Below, piece by piece: positions 39,709 through 50,182 of a stretch of 64,000 nt of DNA. This DNA is from Nitrosopumilus sp. Lineage in GTDB: Archaea; Thermoproteota; Nitrososphaeria; Nitrososphaerales; Nitrosopumilaceae. Where the stretch lies: contig CBDBLO010000002.1 in NCBI GenBank assembly GCA_965207075.1, forward strand, positions 1,728,001 to 1,792,000. Direction: 5' to 3'. The first letter of the stretch is position 1, and each line of letters starts with the position of its first letter. Position numbers and translations under genes: made by a program. The notes under the pieces were generated by a model that searched no databases, was not told the DNA's origin, and worked only from the letters and a program-made list of their open reading frames with translations.

Positions 39709-41471
39709 GACGCTTTCTCCTTTAGTACGGACAGGTCAAAGTTTCTAAACACGCCGGCGTTAAAATCCTGTATTGCATCGGCCGCTCTTTCTTTTTGGGC
39801 GTTCCAGTCGTCTCCTAGCGCAGAGAATCTGTTTCTCTGTTCCTGTTCGTTTGCCACGTCCATGTATTCTGTGAACCACGTACGCGGAGAGCCCCCCGCC
39901 CACGAGTCCTCAAACATGAGATCCATGTCGCCAAGCGCCATCCTGAATAGGTTGATCTTCATGTATAGCAGTTCAAGTATGTACGCCTCAATCGTGCCCG
40001 AGAGCGCGAGGTTGAATATGTGGACGTTGTCTTTCTGGCCTATCCTGTGAACTCGCCCTATCCTCTGTTCCACACGCATCGGGTTCCACGGCAGGTCGTA
40101 GTTTACGATATTGTGACAGAACTGAAAGTTCTGGCCTTCCCCACCCGCGCTTGTAGAGACCATGACACATGCGTCGTTCTTGAAGCTGGTTACAGATTCC
40201 CGCTTCTCTTCCGGGCTCATCCTACCGTTGAACAGCGTCACGGAATGTCCATTTTTTTGCAAATGCTCGGCGATATAATCTTGCGTAGCGTAAAACTCTG
40301 TGAATATCAGAAACTTTGATCTGCTGTTACCGATTATTCCCTGCAGTTCGGACAGCTTGGAGTCTTCCCGGATTGCAGACGCAGTTGACATGAGCTTCCG
40401 GTATATCTCCTCGGAGATCAGTCCGTTGCCTTTCATCTTGTAGAGAGCTCTCTTTGATGCCGCCGTGCTGCTTGATGCCAGTCTCTGATAAATCATCAGA
40501 GCAAGCGTATCGCCGCCAGCCTTGTACTGCGTCCTGACAATGTCTGTTATTGCATTATACAGACTGGATTCGTAATGGCGGGGAATGAGAATCCTTGTGT
40601 GAGGGATCCTGTCGGTGAATTTTATGTATCTTCTTGCTTCGTTGCGGGTTGTGCGTATGACGAATTTAGACAGGATTCTCTGCAGCTCGTCTCGCATTAA
40701 AGGCCGAATCTTTCTTGCTGCCGTGTCTGCGACATATTTGCTGCGAAACTGCGCCCACGTCCCAAGACATCCTGGGCGCAACAGCTCGATCAGATTGTAC
40801 ATCTCCTCGAGGTTGTTCTGAATGGGAGTGGCGGTGAGCAACAGTAGATTGCGCTTTGGAAGGCCTCGTACCAGCCTGTGCTTGTTCGTCGCTGCGTTTT
40901 TCATACTGTGGGCTTCGTCGACTATTACCATATCCCAGTACGTGGAGTGTAGCGGCACCGACTGTCTTGGATATATTGCAGAAGAATGAGACATCAGCAA
41001 AAGGTTATGGGATTGTATGTCTTGGGATTTGGAATCGTCGCGGTGTATAACAAAGTCCAGGTCAAACTTGCTTGACATCTCGTCCCGCCACTGGGGCAGA
41101 AGTGACGGGGGCGCAAGAATGAGTATGTTCTTGGCAAGTCCGGTGACTAGGAATTCCTTGATCAGTATGCCGGCTTCGACCGTTTTTCCCAGTCCTACCT
41201 CGTCCGCAAGTATGCCGGATCCACCAAGCTCGTTTTTGACCTTCTGTGCTGCTAGGATCTGGTGATCAAAGACGCTCACGTTTTCGCTTGTTTTGATTGA
41301 CTCTGCAATGGACAGCTCCTGCTCTCGCAGGTGGAGATGCAGATCGTACGCCTTTAGCGTGAGTGTTAAGAATTCTGGGTTTTGTGTCATACTGGTGCGT
41401 AGCCTGTCCTTTATGCCAAACTTGTCTGGAAATATAGTTCTGACATCTTCAATGTGCGGCGTTTCATTCAT
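39705..41471 (-). CDS. SNF2/RapA(YqhH)-like helicase
   Basis: ILADEVGLGKT, DEAH, LTATPIQN, GGEGQNFQ, YDLPWNPMRVEQRIGRVHRIGQ. Confidence 0.93.
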   Translation of the reverse strand: MNETPHIEDVRTIFPDKFGIKDRLRTSMTQNPEFLTLTLKAYDLHLHLREQELSIAESIKTSENVSVFDHQILAAQKVKNELGGSGILADEVGLGKTVEAGILIKEFLVTGLAKNILILAPPSLLPQWRDEMSSKFDLDFVIHRDDSKSQDIQSHNLLLMSHSSAIYPRQSVPLHSTYWDMVIVDEAHSMKNAATNKHRLVRGLPKRNLLLLTATPIQNNLEEMYNLIELLRPGCLGTWAQFRSKYVADTAARKIRPLMRDELQRILSKFVIRTTRNEARRYIKFTDRIPHTRILIPRHYESSLYNAITDIVRTQYKAGGDTLALMIYQRLASSSTAASKRALYKMKGNGLISEEIYRKLMSTASAIREDSKLSELQGIIGNSRSKFLIFTEFYATQDYIAEHLQKNGHSVTLFNGRMSPEEKRESVTSFKNDACVMVSTSAGGEGQNFQFCHNIVNYDLPWNPMRVEQRIGRVHRIGQKDNVHIFNLALSGTIEAYILELLYMKINLFRMALGDMDLMFEDSWAGGSPRTWFTEYMDVANEQEQRNRFSALGDDWNAQKERAADAIQDFNAGVFRNFDLSVLKEKAS

Positions 41472-41928
41472 TAATTATACATCACAAACGTGCTATCTTA
41501 TACATTTGGGTAACGACATAGTATGGACCCAAGCCGTCTCAAACTCACATCTAGAAGCAAACACGGCCCTGTTGTTTCGCGCCCAAGACAACAGACGCCT
41601 GAATTCGTACCAAAAATAATACACTCACAATCACTCCACGTGATGTGATGCTCGTTGGGTAACAGAAAGAAGTACATAAAATATCCGGAATGCAATAGTC
41701 TTGGAGAAATCATACTAAAAATATATCGAAACAGAAGGCAAGACAATTACGCAAATGTTTGAGAACAAAAGAAACGACATACATCTAGGCCGCGCCTACG
41801 TGTACCTCCTGCGGACGAAGACCACTGTCTTGTGAGAACGACAATTGATAGGCATTCGGTCACCAACTGTTAACACAGAATAATCAAAGGTTCAAAGAAT
41901 TTATTACAAACTAATCGAAAAGTGATAT

Positions 41929-42627
41929 ATGTTAAGTGACACTGAAGCAATATCTTTGTCAAAATCACTATACACCATATTAAAAGTTGAAAAGTGTTTT
42001 ACAAAAAATGATTTTATAGAACGTTATGGAAATCAACTAATACGGATTGAGAAGCAATTCAACAATTTAAATCGTAAACTTGCAATTGTACGTTGCCACA
42101 TAGAAGAATACCGACAGCTACATAATGAAAAGACTCCGAATGAGCCTCAAATGACTCAATCGGACGTTTTTATTGAATTGACTACATTGTATTGTAGTTT
42201 TGGTTTAGCACACTATGAACTCTTGAAACGGTTTTTCATTGCAACATTAGATTTAGAACATTTGAGCGCAATAGCAAAAACTAAGATAAGAAAACCTCCC
42301 ACATTTGGTGGGATTATTAATACATTCAAAGGTTTGCCAAATTATAATGATAAAATGGCCGAAATGTTAGATAAGGATTTTCGTAATGCTTTGGCGCATG
42401 ATAGCTGGTACTTGGGAAGCAACGAAATGAAATATCTCGTAAATGATAAATTAGTTCAAATTCCATTCCTGAAAATCCCACAAAAAATCAAAATCATAGG
42501 AAGAGCATATACAACAATTTCAGAGTGTTATACTATGGATTTTTTCCCTGAGATAGTGGACGCATATAATAAGGGATTGAAAAATGAAATTCAGAAAATT
42601 ACCCCATTATTTGGAATGAACGATTAA
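41929..42627 (+). CDS. Putative HEPN-domain protein
   Basis: AT-rich helical protein with an RxxxxH motif (FRNALAH). Confidence 0.6.
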   Translation: MLSDTEAISLSKSLYTILKVEKCFTKNDFIERYGNQLIRIEKQFNNLNRKLAIVRCHIEEYRQLHNEKTPNEPQMTQSDVFIELTTLYCSFGLAHYELLKRFFIATLDLEHLSAIAKTKIRKPPTFGGIINTFKGLPNYNDKMAEMLDKDFRNALAHDSWYLGSNEMKYLVNDKLVQIPFLKIPQKIKIIGRAYTTISECYTMDFFPEIVDAYNKGLKNEIQKITPLFGMND

Positions 42628-42735
42628 TAATTTTTGCAATCGATTTGCGGGGTTTATTTATGGTATTACATACCTCGTTCAGTAACTGCGTTAAAACAAA
42701 AACAATGGATGTCTTAACACTAAGTCCTCTTTCTA

Positions 42736-45700
42736 TTAGTACTTTTTTGTCAGCTTTTTGTATGCTGCATGTGAGAGCGCCAACAAGATCGTTGCAATTC
42801 CTATAACCTGCCACTGCGGTTCATCGGCCCGCGATGCGTTAGACGTATGTAGCGTGCCAACTGCGCCGCGAGCCGCCCCACCCCACTCGTTGTACAGTGT
42901 GATCTCCAAGGCAGTGTCGGGTTGAAACAACACAGTGCATCCTATGGGACATGGTTGTTCCAAACGCGTGCCGTTTATCTCCACATGTTTGACTATACCA
43001 AAGTTTTCAGGTTGTTCTATGATTATCCTACCGGACTCCCTTGTGACGTCTACTGGGTTGTCTTTTTGGGCGTTAATGCGGATCGTTTCATTCCCTCCAA
43101 ACGAGTAGTACTTGTGGTGAATGACGTGCTCGTCGGAGCCGTTTATTGTGATGTACAGAGACATCGGAGCCAGTACACTTAGCCCCAGATCGTACGGAGC
43201 GGTGAGGCGGAGCGCCTCGGGATGCTCTGCCAGCTCGTGGATGTCCGTCAGCCTGCCGCTGAACGGCAGACCTGTGGCGTTCTGGATGGCAATATCATCA
43301 AAGTGTACTGACGTACGCAGTATTGTGACGTTGATTACGCCGTCGGATGTGCGCCACTCCTGTGTCATTGGGTGCGTATCGTTCAGGATAGTCTGTGCTA
43401 TAGTCGAATCACCTGTATCCCACGTTATCTTGTCGCGTATGTAGTCCGCCAAGTATTCGGCCCCGAGCTCCGCATATGGCATCACCCGCAACGTGATGTC
43501 ATCCGTAGTCTGGACGGCGCCTGTGTGGTCGACTGACTGTACCGTGACATGTTTTGTAAACGGCATTTCCGGATAGCGCATCGTCGTCTCGTACAGCAGA
43601 GTGTTCCTGCTTGCAAAGTCGTGGCTGTAGACCTGCAGGTGCGAGGTGACGTTCTCGTTGACTGCCGCCTTCGCAACCGTAGCGGCACTTGCTGACTCCC
43701 CCGTTGCAGTCTGATTATACACAGAGAACACCCACTCGGACACGGGCCACTCAAACAGAACTGTGCCGTGCCCGTTCTGCACAAACATGGCAGTCTGCGT
43801 GTCCTGCACGTGCTCCAGCGCGGTGTGGCCGGGCGAGGAATTGCGGCCCGTGCCGAGCACATGGTCCTGTCCAAAGTGGTTGTAGGTGGATGGGTCGTGT
43901 CCCCCTCCCGTTCCGTTCCACCCGTTGATGAACGAGCGGCGCATCGGGTGCAGTACATCGTCCTGCCAGCTCCCGCCGTACCTCATGGCGATCCCGTGCC
44001 GATCGTCAAATGCGTACTCGCGGGCGTCCGCAAGCACGGGATACGAATACACCGTTTCGTAGGACGGCTCGTACGGCACGACCTCGGCCTCGGTGGAGTT
44101 CACCGCGCCTGCGACCTGTTTGCCGAGGTTGTAGGCGGTCATGTTGTAGACGAATTCATAGGTGTCGAAACCGTGCGACATGCCGGTAGCCCGGACAGTC
44201 AGTCCGTCGCCGTTGCCAAACCACAGACTTTCGGCCAACCACGGCGGCGAGTCTACTTTGACCACATGTTCGCACGGCGGTACTGCCGCATGCGGGGTGG
44301 GCGTGGCAGTGCCGTTCCCGTCAGCTGGCGGCGGCGGTGGTGACGGAGGGCAATCAAACTCGTCAATCACCGGGAGTGTAACGGGGGGCAGGCGGTGCGT
44401 CTCGAAGCTGACGTGCGCGCTGCGCTCGTCCTTCCACTTCCACGACGGCTCGTGCCGCACATATATCGGATCCTCATAGTAGTAGGTGCCGTCCAGATTC
44501 TTGGCGTCATATCCCTCTACATGGTGCAGCGGTGGCTTTGTCAGTATGATTAGCAGCTCGCCGTCCTGCAGCGGCGGTCCCGCGTCCCTACTCACCTCCT
44601 CCAGCCCCCTCACCGGTATGTCGTTCGCGTAATGGTGCGGCGTCCAGTAGTGGCCGGACGCCGTAAGTTCCAGTTTCGCGCCGTCCGTCGCGGGCCCTGC
44701 GCACGCGTCGCCGCCGGCCGGCGCCTCGTACGCCTCTGGGTGCATGCCGGGCGGCGCCGTGTCTATGGTAAACGCATACGAGCGGTTTGACAGCAGGTGC
44801 GCCCAGGAACCCGCCGGATACCCGGGTGGTGGCGGTGGCCCCGCGCGGCCTCTGTCCCCATCCCGTATATCGTACGGCGGCAGCCGCTTGTGCCACGCGT
44901 CCAGCACGGCGCCGTACGCGCCGACTACATCCGAGACGCACACGCCTCGTTCGGGCCGCACCTCGGCCGTCCCGTACACGCAGCCGGATCTCGCGCCCAG
45001 CCCGTCGCACGCCTCCCGCACGCGCTCCTCGAACCACTCCGCACTCCCGGGGTCGGCCGGCGTCCTGGTGAGGTGGGCATGCGGCGCGTCCGCGCCGGTA
45101 GTGATCCCCCAGCCGTGCGTCGTGGTGTAGAATATGCCGCCGCCGTAGGGCCTCATGTGCGGAGGGGCACTGGGCAGGCCGGCCGTGGTGTCGTTCAGCT
45201 TCTGGTCCTCCGGGATGATGCCGCCCTTGATGTTGCCTCCCTTGTATTTGGCCCACGGGCAGTACGGCAGGTCCTGCGCGTGCTTCGACCTTGCGTCAAT
45301 CCTGTCGGTCCACCACCCCCAGGCCGGCTCGCCCCCGTACCCCTTGGACTTGAGCGTCTTTTCAAACTCCGTCAGCCTGTCCGTATCCTTTGTGAGGAAT
45401 ATCCTGTCGTACACGACCCACTTGTCATACCTCCACGTACGGGACTCGCCGGGCTTTGCGAACATCTCCTTGCACGAGGCCACCGCCCTGCCCGCGTAAA
45501 AGTCCGTGCTGGCCAAGAACGCCACGGACGGGTCGAGGTCCCTGTGCTCGAGGGGCGCGCGGCGGTCCTCGCGGCCGTTGGAGTCGACCCACACTGCGCG
45601 GTGGTCCAGCTGCAGGCGGCTCGTCTCGAGGAGCGGGGCGCGGACGGAGCAGCCGGCGGGGTCGTCTGACCGCTCGGACCACCGGAACACGTAGTAGAAC

Positions 45701-46074
45701 GCGTCCCCCGGGTAGTACGTGTTATCTGGGTTCTGCCGCGGCTCTCCCAGATATGTAACTGGATACGTCGAGCCGCTCACGTGAAATATACAGTCGGTGG
45801 CGGAGTGGTCCGCCCAGACGACTGCATCCTGTGCGGCGCACGATGCCGCGATGACTGCGGCCACCATTATCATGATGACGGCATGGCGCAGGCCGCGCGG
45901 CGCGCGCTGTGCGGCATGCCCCGCCCCGCCGGTGCGCGGCATGCCCGTCACCACCGGCCCCGCTTCCCGGCAAGGAAGGACAGGCGCAGCCGTCCGGCCC
46001 GGCCGCCGTCTGCCGCCACCGATGCACCTGCGCGGACCGCGTCCATATCTGCCGTTTTTTCGCACCCCCATCAT
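42736..46074 (-). CDS. Large secreted protein with C-terminal TM anchor
   Basis: Signal-like segment (AVIMIMVAAVIAASCAA), repeated N.D.TYY motif, C-terminal TM followed by KKLTKKY; start uncertain. Confidence 0.75.
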   Translation of the reverse strand: MMGVRKNGRYGRGPRRCIGGGRRRPGRTAAPVLPCREAGPVVTGMPRTGGAGHAAQRAPRGLRHAVIMIMVAAVIAASCAAQDAVVWADHSATDCIFHVSGSTYPVTYLGEPRQNPDNTYYPGDAFYYVFRWSERSDDPAGCSVRAPLLETSRLQLDHRAVWVDSNGREDRRAPLEHRDLDPSVAFLASTDFYAGRAVASCKEMFAKPGESRTWRYDKWVVYDRIFLTKDTDRLTEFEKTLKSKGYGGEPAWGWWTDRIDARSKHAQDLPYCPWAKYKGGNIKGGIIPEDQKLNDTTAGLPSAPPHMRPYGGGIFYTTTHGWGITTGADAPHAHLTRTPADPGSAEWFEERVREACDGLGARSGCVYGTAEVRPERGVCVSDVVGAYGAVLDAWHKRLPPYDIRDGDRGRAGPPPPPGYPAGSWAHLLSNRSYAFTIDTAPPGMHPEAYEAPAGGDACAGPATDGAKLELTASGHYWTPHHYANDIPVRGLEEVSRDAGPPLQDGELLIILTKPPLHHVEGYDAKNLDGTYYYEDPIYVRHEPSWKWKDERSAHVSFETHRLPPVTLPVIDEFDCPPSPPPPPADGNGTATPTPHAAVPPCEHVVKVDSPPWLAESLWFGNGDGLTVRATGMSHGFDTYEFVYNMTAYNLGKQVAGAVNSTEAEVVPYEPSYETVYSYPVLADAREYAFDDRHGIAMRYGGSWQDDVLHPMRRSFINGWNGTGGGHDPSTYNHFGQDHVLGTGRNSSPGHTALEHVQDTQTAMFVQNGHGTVLFEWPVSEWVFSVYNQTATGESASAATVAKAAVNENVTSHLQVYSHDFASRNTLLYETTMRYPEMPFTKHVTVQSVDHTGAVQTTDDITLRVMPYAELGAEYLADYIRDKITWDTGDSTIAQTILNDTHPMTQEWRTSDGVINVTILRTSVHFDDIAIQNATGLPFSGRLTDIHELAEHPEALRLTAPYDLGLSVLAPMSLYITINGSDEHVIHHKYYSFGGNETIRINAQKDNPVDVTRESGRIIIEQPENFGIVKHVEINGTRLEQPCPIGCTVLFQPDTALEITLYNEWGGAARGAVGTLHTSNASRADEPQWQVIGIATILLALSHAAYKKLTKKY

Positions 46075-46133
46075 CGCCACCACCACCGGCAACCGCTTTT
46101 AAGCAGGATGCGCGCCCTGCCCCCAGGTGCGCG

Positions 46134-46304
46134 CTACCGGCGCCTGGCCCGGCGGCGCAGCCGCAGGCCGCAGCACGGGCACGCGGGCTCGTCCCTGACC
46201 ATCCAGACGCCACACTGCTGACAGCGCACCTGGCCCGCCGCGTACCGCTTCAGCCTGCCCGGCTTGCTCACCCGGTGTCGGTCGCACGTCCCGCGGCAGG
46301 GCAT
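46134..46304 (-). CDS. Small Cys-rich zinc-binding protein (thaumarchaeal type)
   Basis: MPCRGTC.RH...RY..GQ.RCQQC......CPCCG.RLR. Confidence 0.75.
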   Translation of the reverse strand: MPCRGTCDRHRVSKPGRLKRYAAGQVRCQQCGVWMVRDEPACPCCGLRLRRRARRR

Positions 46305-47123
46305 TATCGGATGCACGCCTCCCCGACGCGTGCGTCGGCGTAAAAAAACTGCATCCCGTGACAACGACTATCCCGCATCGCCAGTATCATGACAATCGTC
46401 CCGTCCTCACGGTGTCCCCCCATGACGCGCTCGTACCCGAGCGCGTCCTCCGGCCCGATCCCGGCCGCCGCTGCCGTATCAACTGGCATTCCCTGCCGCC
46501 TCCCCGCGGTTGTTGCCGTCCCGCCGCCGGACCGCCGTCCTTGGCGAACCGTGGCCGCCGTTGTAAGAGTACATGGCCCCCGGCGGGGCGGGTGTCGCGT
46601 CGCGGCCGCGCATCTCCCTTCGCGCCGCGCACGCCAGCATGATGTGGTGTCCGCAATAGCTTGGTTCGTGCGGCCGCCGCATCGCCCCGGCAGCAGGGCC
46701 GGCGGCCCCGGCATCATCCCGATCGCGGCCCGCACCGCGTCTTTCCGATTTGCCGTCGTTGCCATTATCATCATCATCTCTGCCAAAACCCCTCTTCCGG
46801 TTCCCCCTTCGTGCGCACTCTGGCCTCCCGCGGAGCTCCGGGTCCACGAACTGTGCCGTGCATGTCATCGCGGGCTCCGTCCCGCTGTCCGGGCGGCAGG
46901 CGATCCCCCCACGAACCTCAGTCCCGGCCAGGACCGTCCCCCATTTCTCCATGCAACAGCATTACCGTCAATTTTGTATTTATCCTTTATGATAAATATG
47001 TTGTAAGAGGGAGTTGGCAGGCGCCGTCCAGGGCGGCGCGGCCGGCATGCGGCAGGAGTCCCGCTGTAAATGTATCATAAGTATAACATAAACAATAAAA
47101 ACAACATATGCTTGTGGTACAAC

Positions 47124-47510
47124 ATGGGAAAGGAAGACTGGAAGACGGTCAACGTGAAGAAGGCCATGATGGACGAGGTCGAGAGGATGCTGCGGACAGA
47201 CGCGGTAAGGAAGGACGGGATAACGAACATGTCCCAGTTCGTGGACCTGGCGCTCCGCGAAAAGATCGAGAGGCTCGAGCGCACGCGGTTTGAGCACATC
47301 AACATGTACGAGGACCACGTGAAGATACTGGACAACAAGCTTGGGCGAGCGGGCAGGATCCTGTCCGTGTATTTTCGAGACACGCGGGCGTGGTGCGAGT
47401 ACTGCGACGAGCATATGTGCGTCCACATACAGTACGCGTGGGAGATCCCGGACGTCAGGGAGGTCCTGGCCGCGCGCAAGATTGCACCGCCCCCCTCCAG
47501 GGCGGGCTGA
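47124..47510 (+). CDS. Ribbon-helix-helix (CopG-like) regulator with SWIM-like Zn finger
   Basis: WKTVNV...MMDEV...SQFVD.ALRE; WCEYC....CVH. Confidence 0.75.
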   Translation: MGKEDWKTVNVKKAMMDEVERMLRTDAVRKDGITNMSQFVDLALREKIERLERTRFEHINMYEDHVKILDNKLGRAGRILSVYFRDTRAWCEYCDEHMCVHIQYAWEIPDVREVLAARKIAPPPSRAG

Positions 47511-47711
47511 CGGGCCGCCGCGAGAAGGATGGGCGAGTTGGCTGCCGGCTGCAGTCTGGCAAGTGGGAACGGCACGGGGCATGGACAAAACTCGGGCCTG
47601 CCTCCGGCGCGCCGCAGCATGTGTTTGCAGAGGGGGATGTGTCCGCGCCGCGGGCCAAGCCGGCGCACGGATATTGATATATCGCCTGCCGTGCACGTGT
47701 ATTTGGCGGCA

Positions 47712-48620
47712 ATGGACATAGCATACCTGACGGCGCACCAGTACCGGAAGCACCCCGAGTTTCATGGCATCGGCGAGTTGGTCATGAGATATCTGAACCG
47801 GCCGGGCGACCGGATTCCCGACGCCCGCCGCGGCGTGGATCCGCGGAACCTCGATTTCCTCGACAAGCCGGTCTGGCACAACAAGACGGATCTCGACGTA
47901 TTTGTCGCAAAGGAACTGGGGCTGAACATCGAGGACTATTCGTATGATCAGAGCGGCGGCAAGCACGGGAACTCGTTTTACAACGCGACCGTGGGCGTGA
48001 TCCGGGATCTGCGCGTGAACGGCGTCATAGTTGACCTGCTGACGGACGTGCCGAACACGCAGAAGGGTGTCTGGCGGCTGAACACCGTGAGCGCCGTCAG
48101 GTTTGAAGAGGAGATGGCGAGCCGGGAGATGAAGGCTGGGAATTTTCACTGCCGCGGAAAGGAGGGTACCACGTTTGTCAGGAGCAAGCAGGGGATGTTC
48201 AAAAGAATACTGCTGGAGCAATACGGGTACTGCCTGTTCTGCCGGTTCGACCTGCAGAGGTGGATGACCGGCGCCCACATCGTGCCGTTTAAGGTAATGA
48301 GAATCAAGGATCCCGATAACTCGATGAACCCCGCGAACGGCCTGCTGCTTTGCAAATTATGCGATGTGGCGTTCGAGGACGGCTACATACTGGTGGAGGG
48401 GGATTACGGCGTTACTGTTACGGACCTGCTGCGGGAGAACAGAAACCCGGCGGTCCGGGGGTGGGTGGAGCGCATAGTTCCCGAGATGCGCATAGACGAT
48501 GGTGTCAAGTACCGGCCCGGTGCAGAATATCTGAAGAGGAAGAAGAGGATCGTACTGGGGGGCGGACACCGATACAATGTCTTCGGTTATCGTGGGCGCG
48601 GAGGAGGACGCCTCGGGTGA
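47712..48620 (+). CDS. HNH endonuclease with N-terminal wHTH-like domain
   Basis: R..Q..F...LL..Y..CLFC...GAHIVP......NP.NGLLLCKLCD.AFE.G. Confidence 0.85.
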   Translation: MDIAYLTAHQYRKHPEFHGIGELVMRYLNRPGDRIPDARRGVDPRNLDFLDKPVWHNKTDLDVFVAKELGLNIEDYSYDQSGGKHGNSFYNATVGVIRDLRVNGVIVDLLTDVPNTQKGVWRLNTVSAVRFEEEMASREMKAGNFHCRGKEGTTFVRSKQGMFKRILLEQYGYCLFCRFDLQRWMTGAHIVPFKVMRIKDPDNSMNPANGLLLCKLCDVAFEDGYILVEGDYGVTVTDLLRENRNPAVRGWVERIVPEMRIDDGVKYRPGAEYLKRKKRIVLGGGHRYNVFGYRGRGGGRLG

Positions 48621-48828
48621 GGATAATGGCGCAAACGCGCCGCCGGCGGCGGTGGACGCGCGGCCCGCGACCGTTTCCGAACTCGCGGCCGGCCAGGCGT
48701 CCTTGCCGGAGTGGGTAAAGATCAGCGCTGGGTGGTGGGCCGAGGGCGCCATTGACGACGACACGTTTGTGCGGTCCATACAGTTCCTCGTACAGAGCGG
48801 GGTCATAGTTGTCACTGAGTCCGAATGA
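48577..48828 (+). pseudogene. Isolated thaumarchaeal P.W.K..AGWW C-terminal domain (remnant or small protein)
   Basis: LPEWVKISAGWWAEGAIDDDTFVRSIQFLVQSGVI, with no upstream body or signal peptide. Confidence 0.6.
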
Positions 48829-48944
48829 CGGTGACGGGCGCGCTGTTCCAGGCCTGTTGATGTACTGTTTGAGCGGCTTGATCTCCCATTGACGTACAAT
48901 CAGGGAATAATACTCGGCCGTGGAAAAACCAACCCTGGTGGATT

Positions 48945-49365
<421 letters not shown>

Positions 49366-49571
49366 GCGAGAAATGCCCCAATCTCCACAACGCGCAACAT
49401 TGCGCCGACGGGCCGGTTCCGCGGCGCGCCCACGATGAATGCCAGCTTGGAGGGCGGGAGCGCGGCGCTTCGAGGTGACCCCCCATGTGGAATGTGTCGT
49501 GAGAGGAGCTGGCCGTCGTTCAGGGGTTGTGTTATGTGCGAGGGGGACAGCAGATAAATGCCATCAGCCCA

Positions 49572-49836
49572 CGAGCGCGCTTCACATGCTTAGCGCGCGT
49601 GCCGCGAGCGCGCTTCACATGCTTAGCGCGCGTGCCGCGAGCGCGCTTCACATGCTTAGCGCGCGTGCCGCGAGCGCGCTTCACATGCTTAGCGCGCGTG
49701 CCGCGAGCGCGCTTCACATGCTTAGCGCGCGTGCCGCGAGCGCGCTTCACATGCTTAGCGCGCCACAACGGGCCGCGAGCGCGCTTCACATGCTTAGCGC
49801 GCGTGCCGCGAGCGCGCTTCACATGCTTAGCGCGCG
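49572..49836. repeat. 33-bp tandem array, 8 copies
   Basis: cgagcgcgcttcacatgcttagcgcgcgtgccg; the 6th unit is a 39-bp variant. Confidence 0.95.
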
Positions 49837-49870
49837 TTTTCCCCTTAAGTGGATCCGGGGCATTGAGTCC

Positions 49871-50182
49871 ATGGAAAAAGACGTAATCGAGCGCAGGGTG
49901 CACATGAGGAGAAGCTCCTTCATACTGACGATCCCGCAGGACATAGTAAGAAAGGCGGGGATCAGCAACGGCCAGAGTGTCAGGTTCGAGATCAGGGACG
50001 GGAAGATTGTAATCAGCCCCACGGACGTCGTGGGTAGCGGCGGCGCTGCGGACCCAGAGGGCCTCGACCCGTACAAGAAGGCCATAACCGACATGATGGC
50101 AAAGGGCGCCAAGTCCGAAGGATCCGCGGGCCCGAGGAGAGCGTCAGGGAAAAGCAAGCTGGAACGCCTCAGGCTCAAGTGA
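49871..50182 (+). CDS. AbrB/MazE/SpoVT family DNA-binding protein with C-terminal extension
   Basis: RRV..RRSSFILTIPQDIVRKAGI..GQ.V.F......IVI. Confidence 0.85.
   Translation: MEKDVIERRVHMRRSSFILTIPQDIVRKAGISNGQSVRFEIRDGKIVISPTDVVGSGGAADPEGLDPYKKAITDMMAKGAKSEGSAGPRRASGKSKLERLRLK

Noticed and set aside
39705-41471. PbeA or DndFGH assignment for the helicase block
   Set aside because: No PLD (HxK) domain and no AAA partner; the protein looks like a plain SNF2/YqhH type.
41506-41663. ttgggtaac direct repeat as a possible target-site duplication
   Set aside because: No convincing terminal inverted repeats between the copies.
46304-46952. Small minus-strand ORFs between the Zn-finger and RHH genes
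   Set aside because: Possibly real but frames and starts are ambiguous; no recognisable motifs.
49572-49836. CRISPR or other guide array
   Set aside because: Units are identical and head-to-tail with no variable spacers; no cas genes in the window.
49439-49903. Long ORFs reading through the 33-bp array (e.g. ASALHMLSARA repeats)
   Set aside because: Open in several frames because the period is a multiple of 3; the AbrB gene has its own TATA and ATG at 49871.
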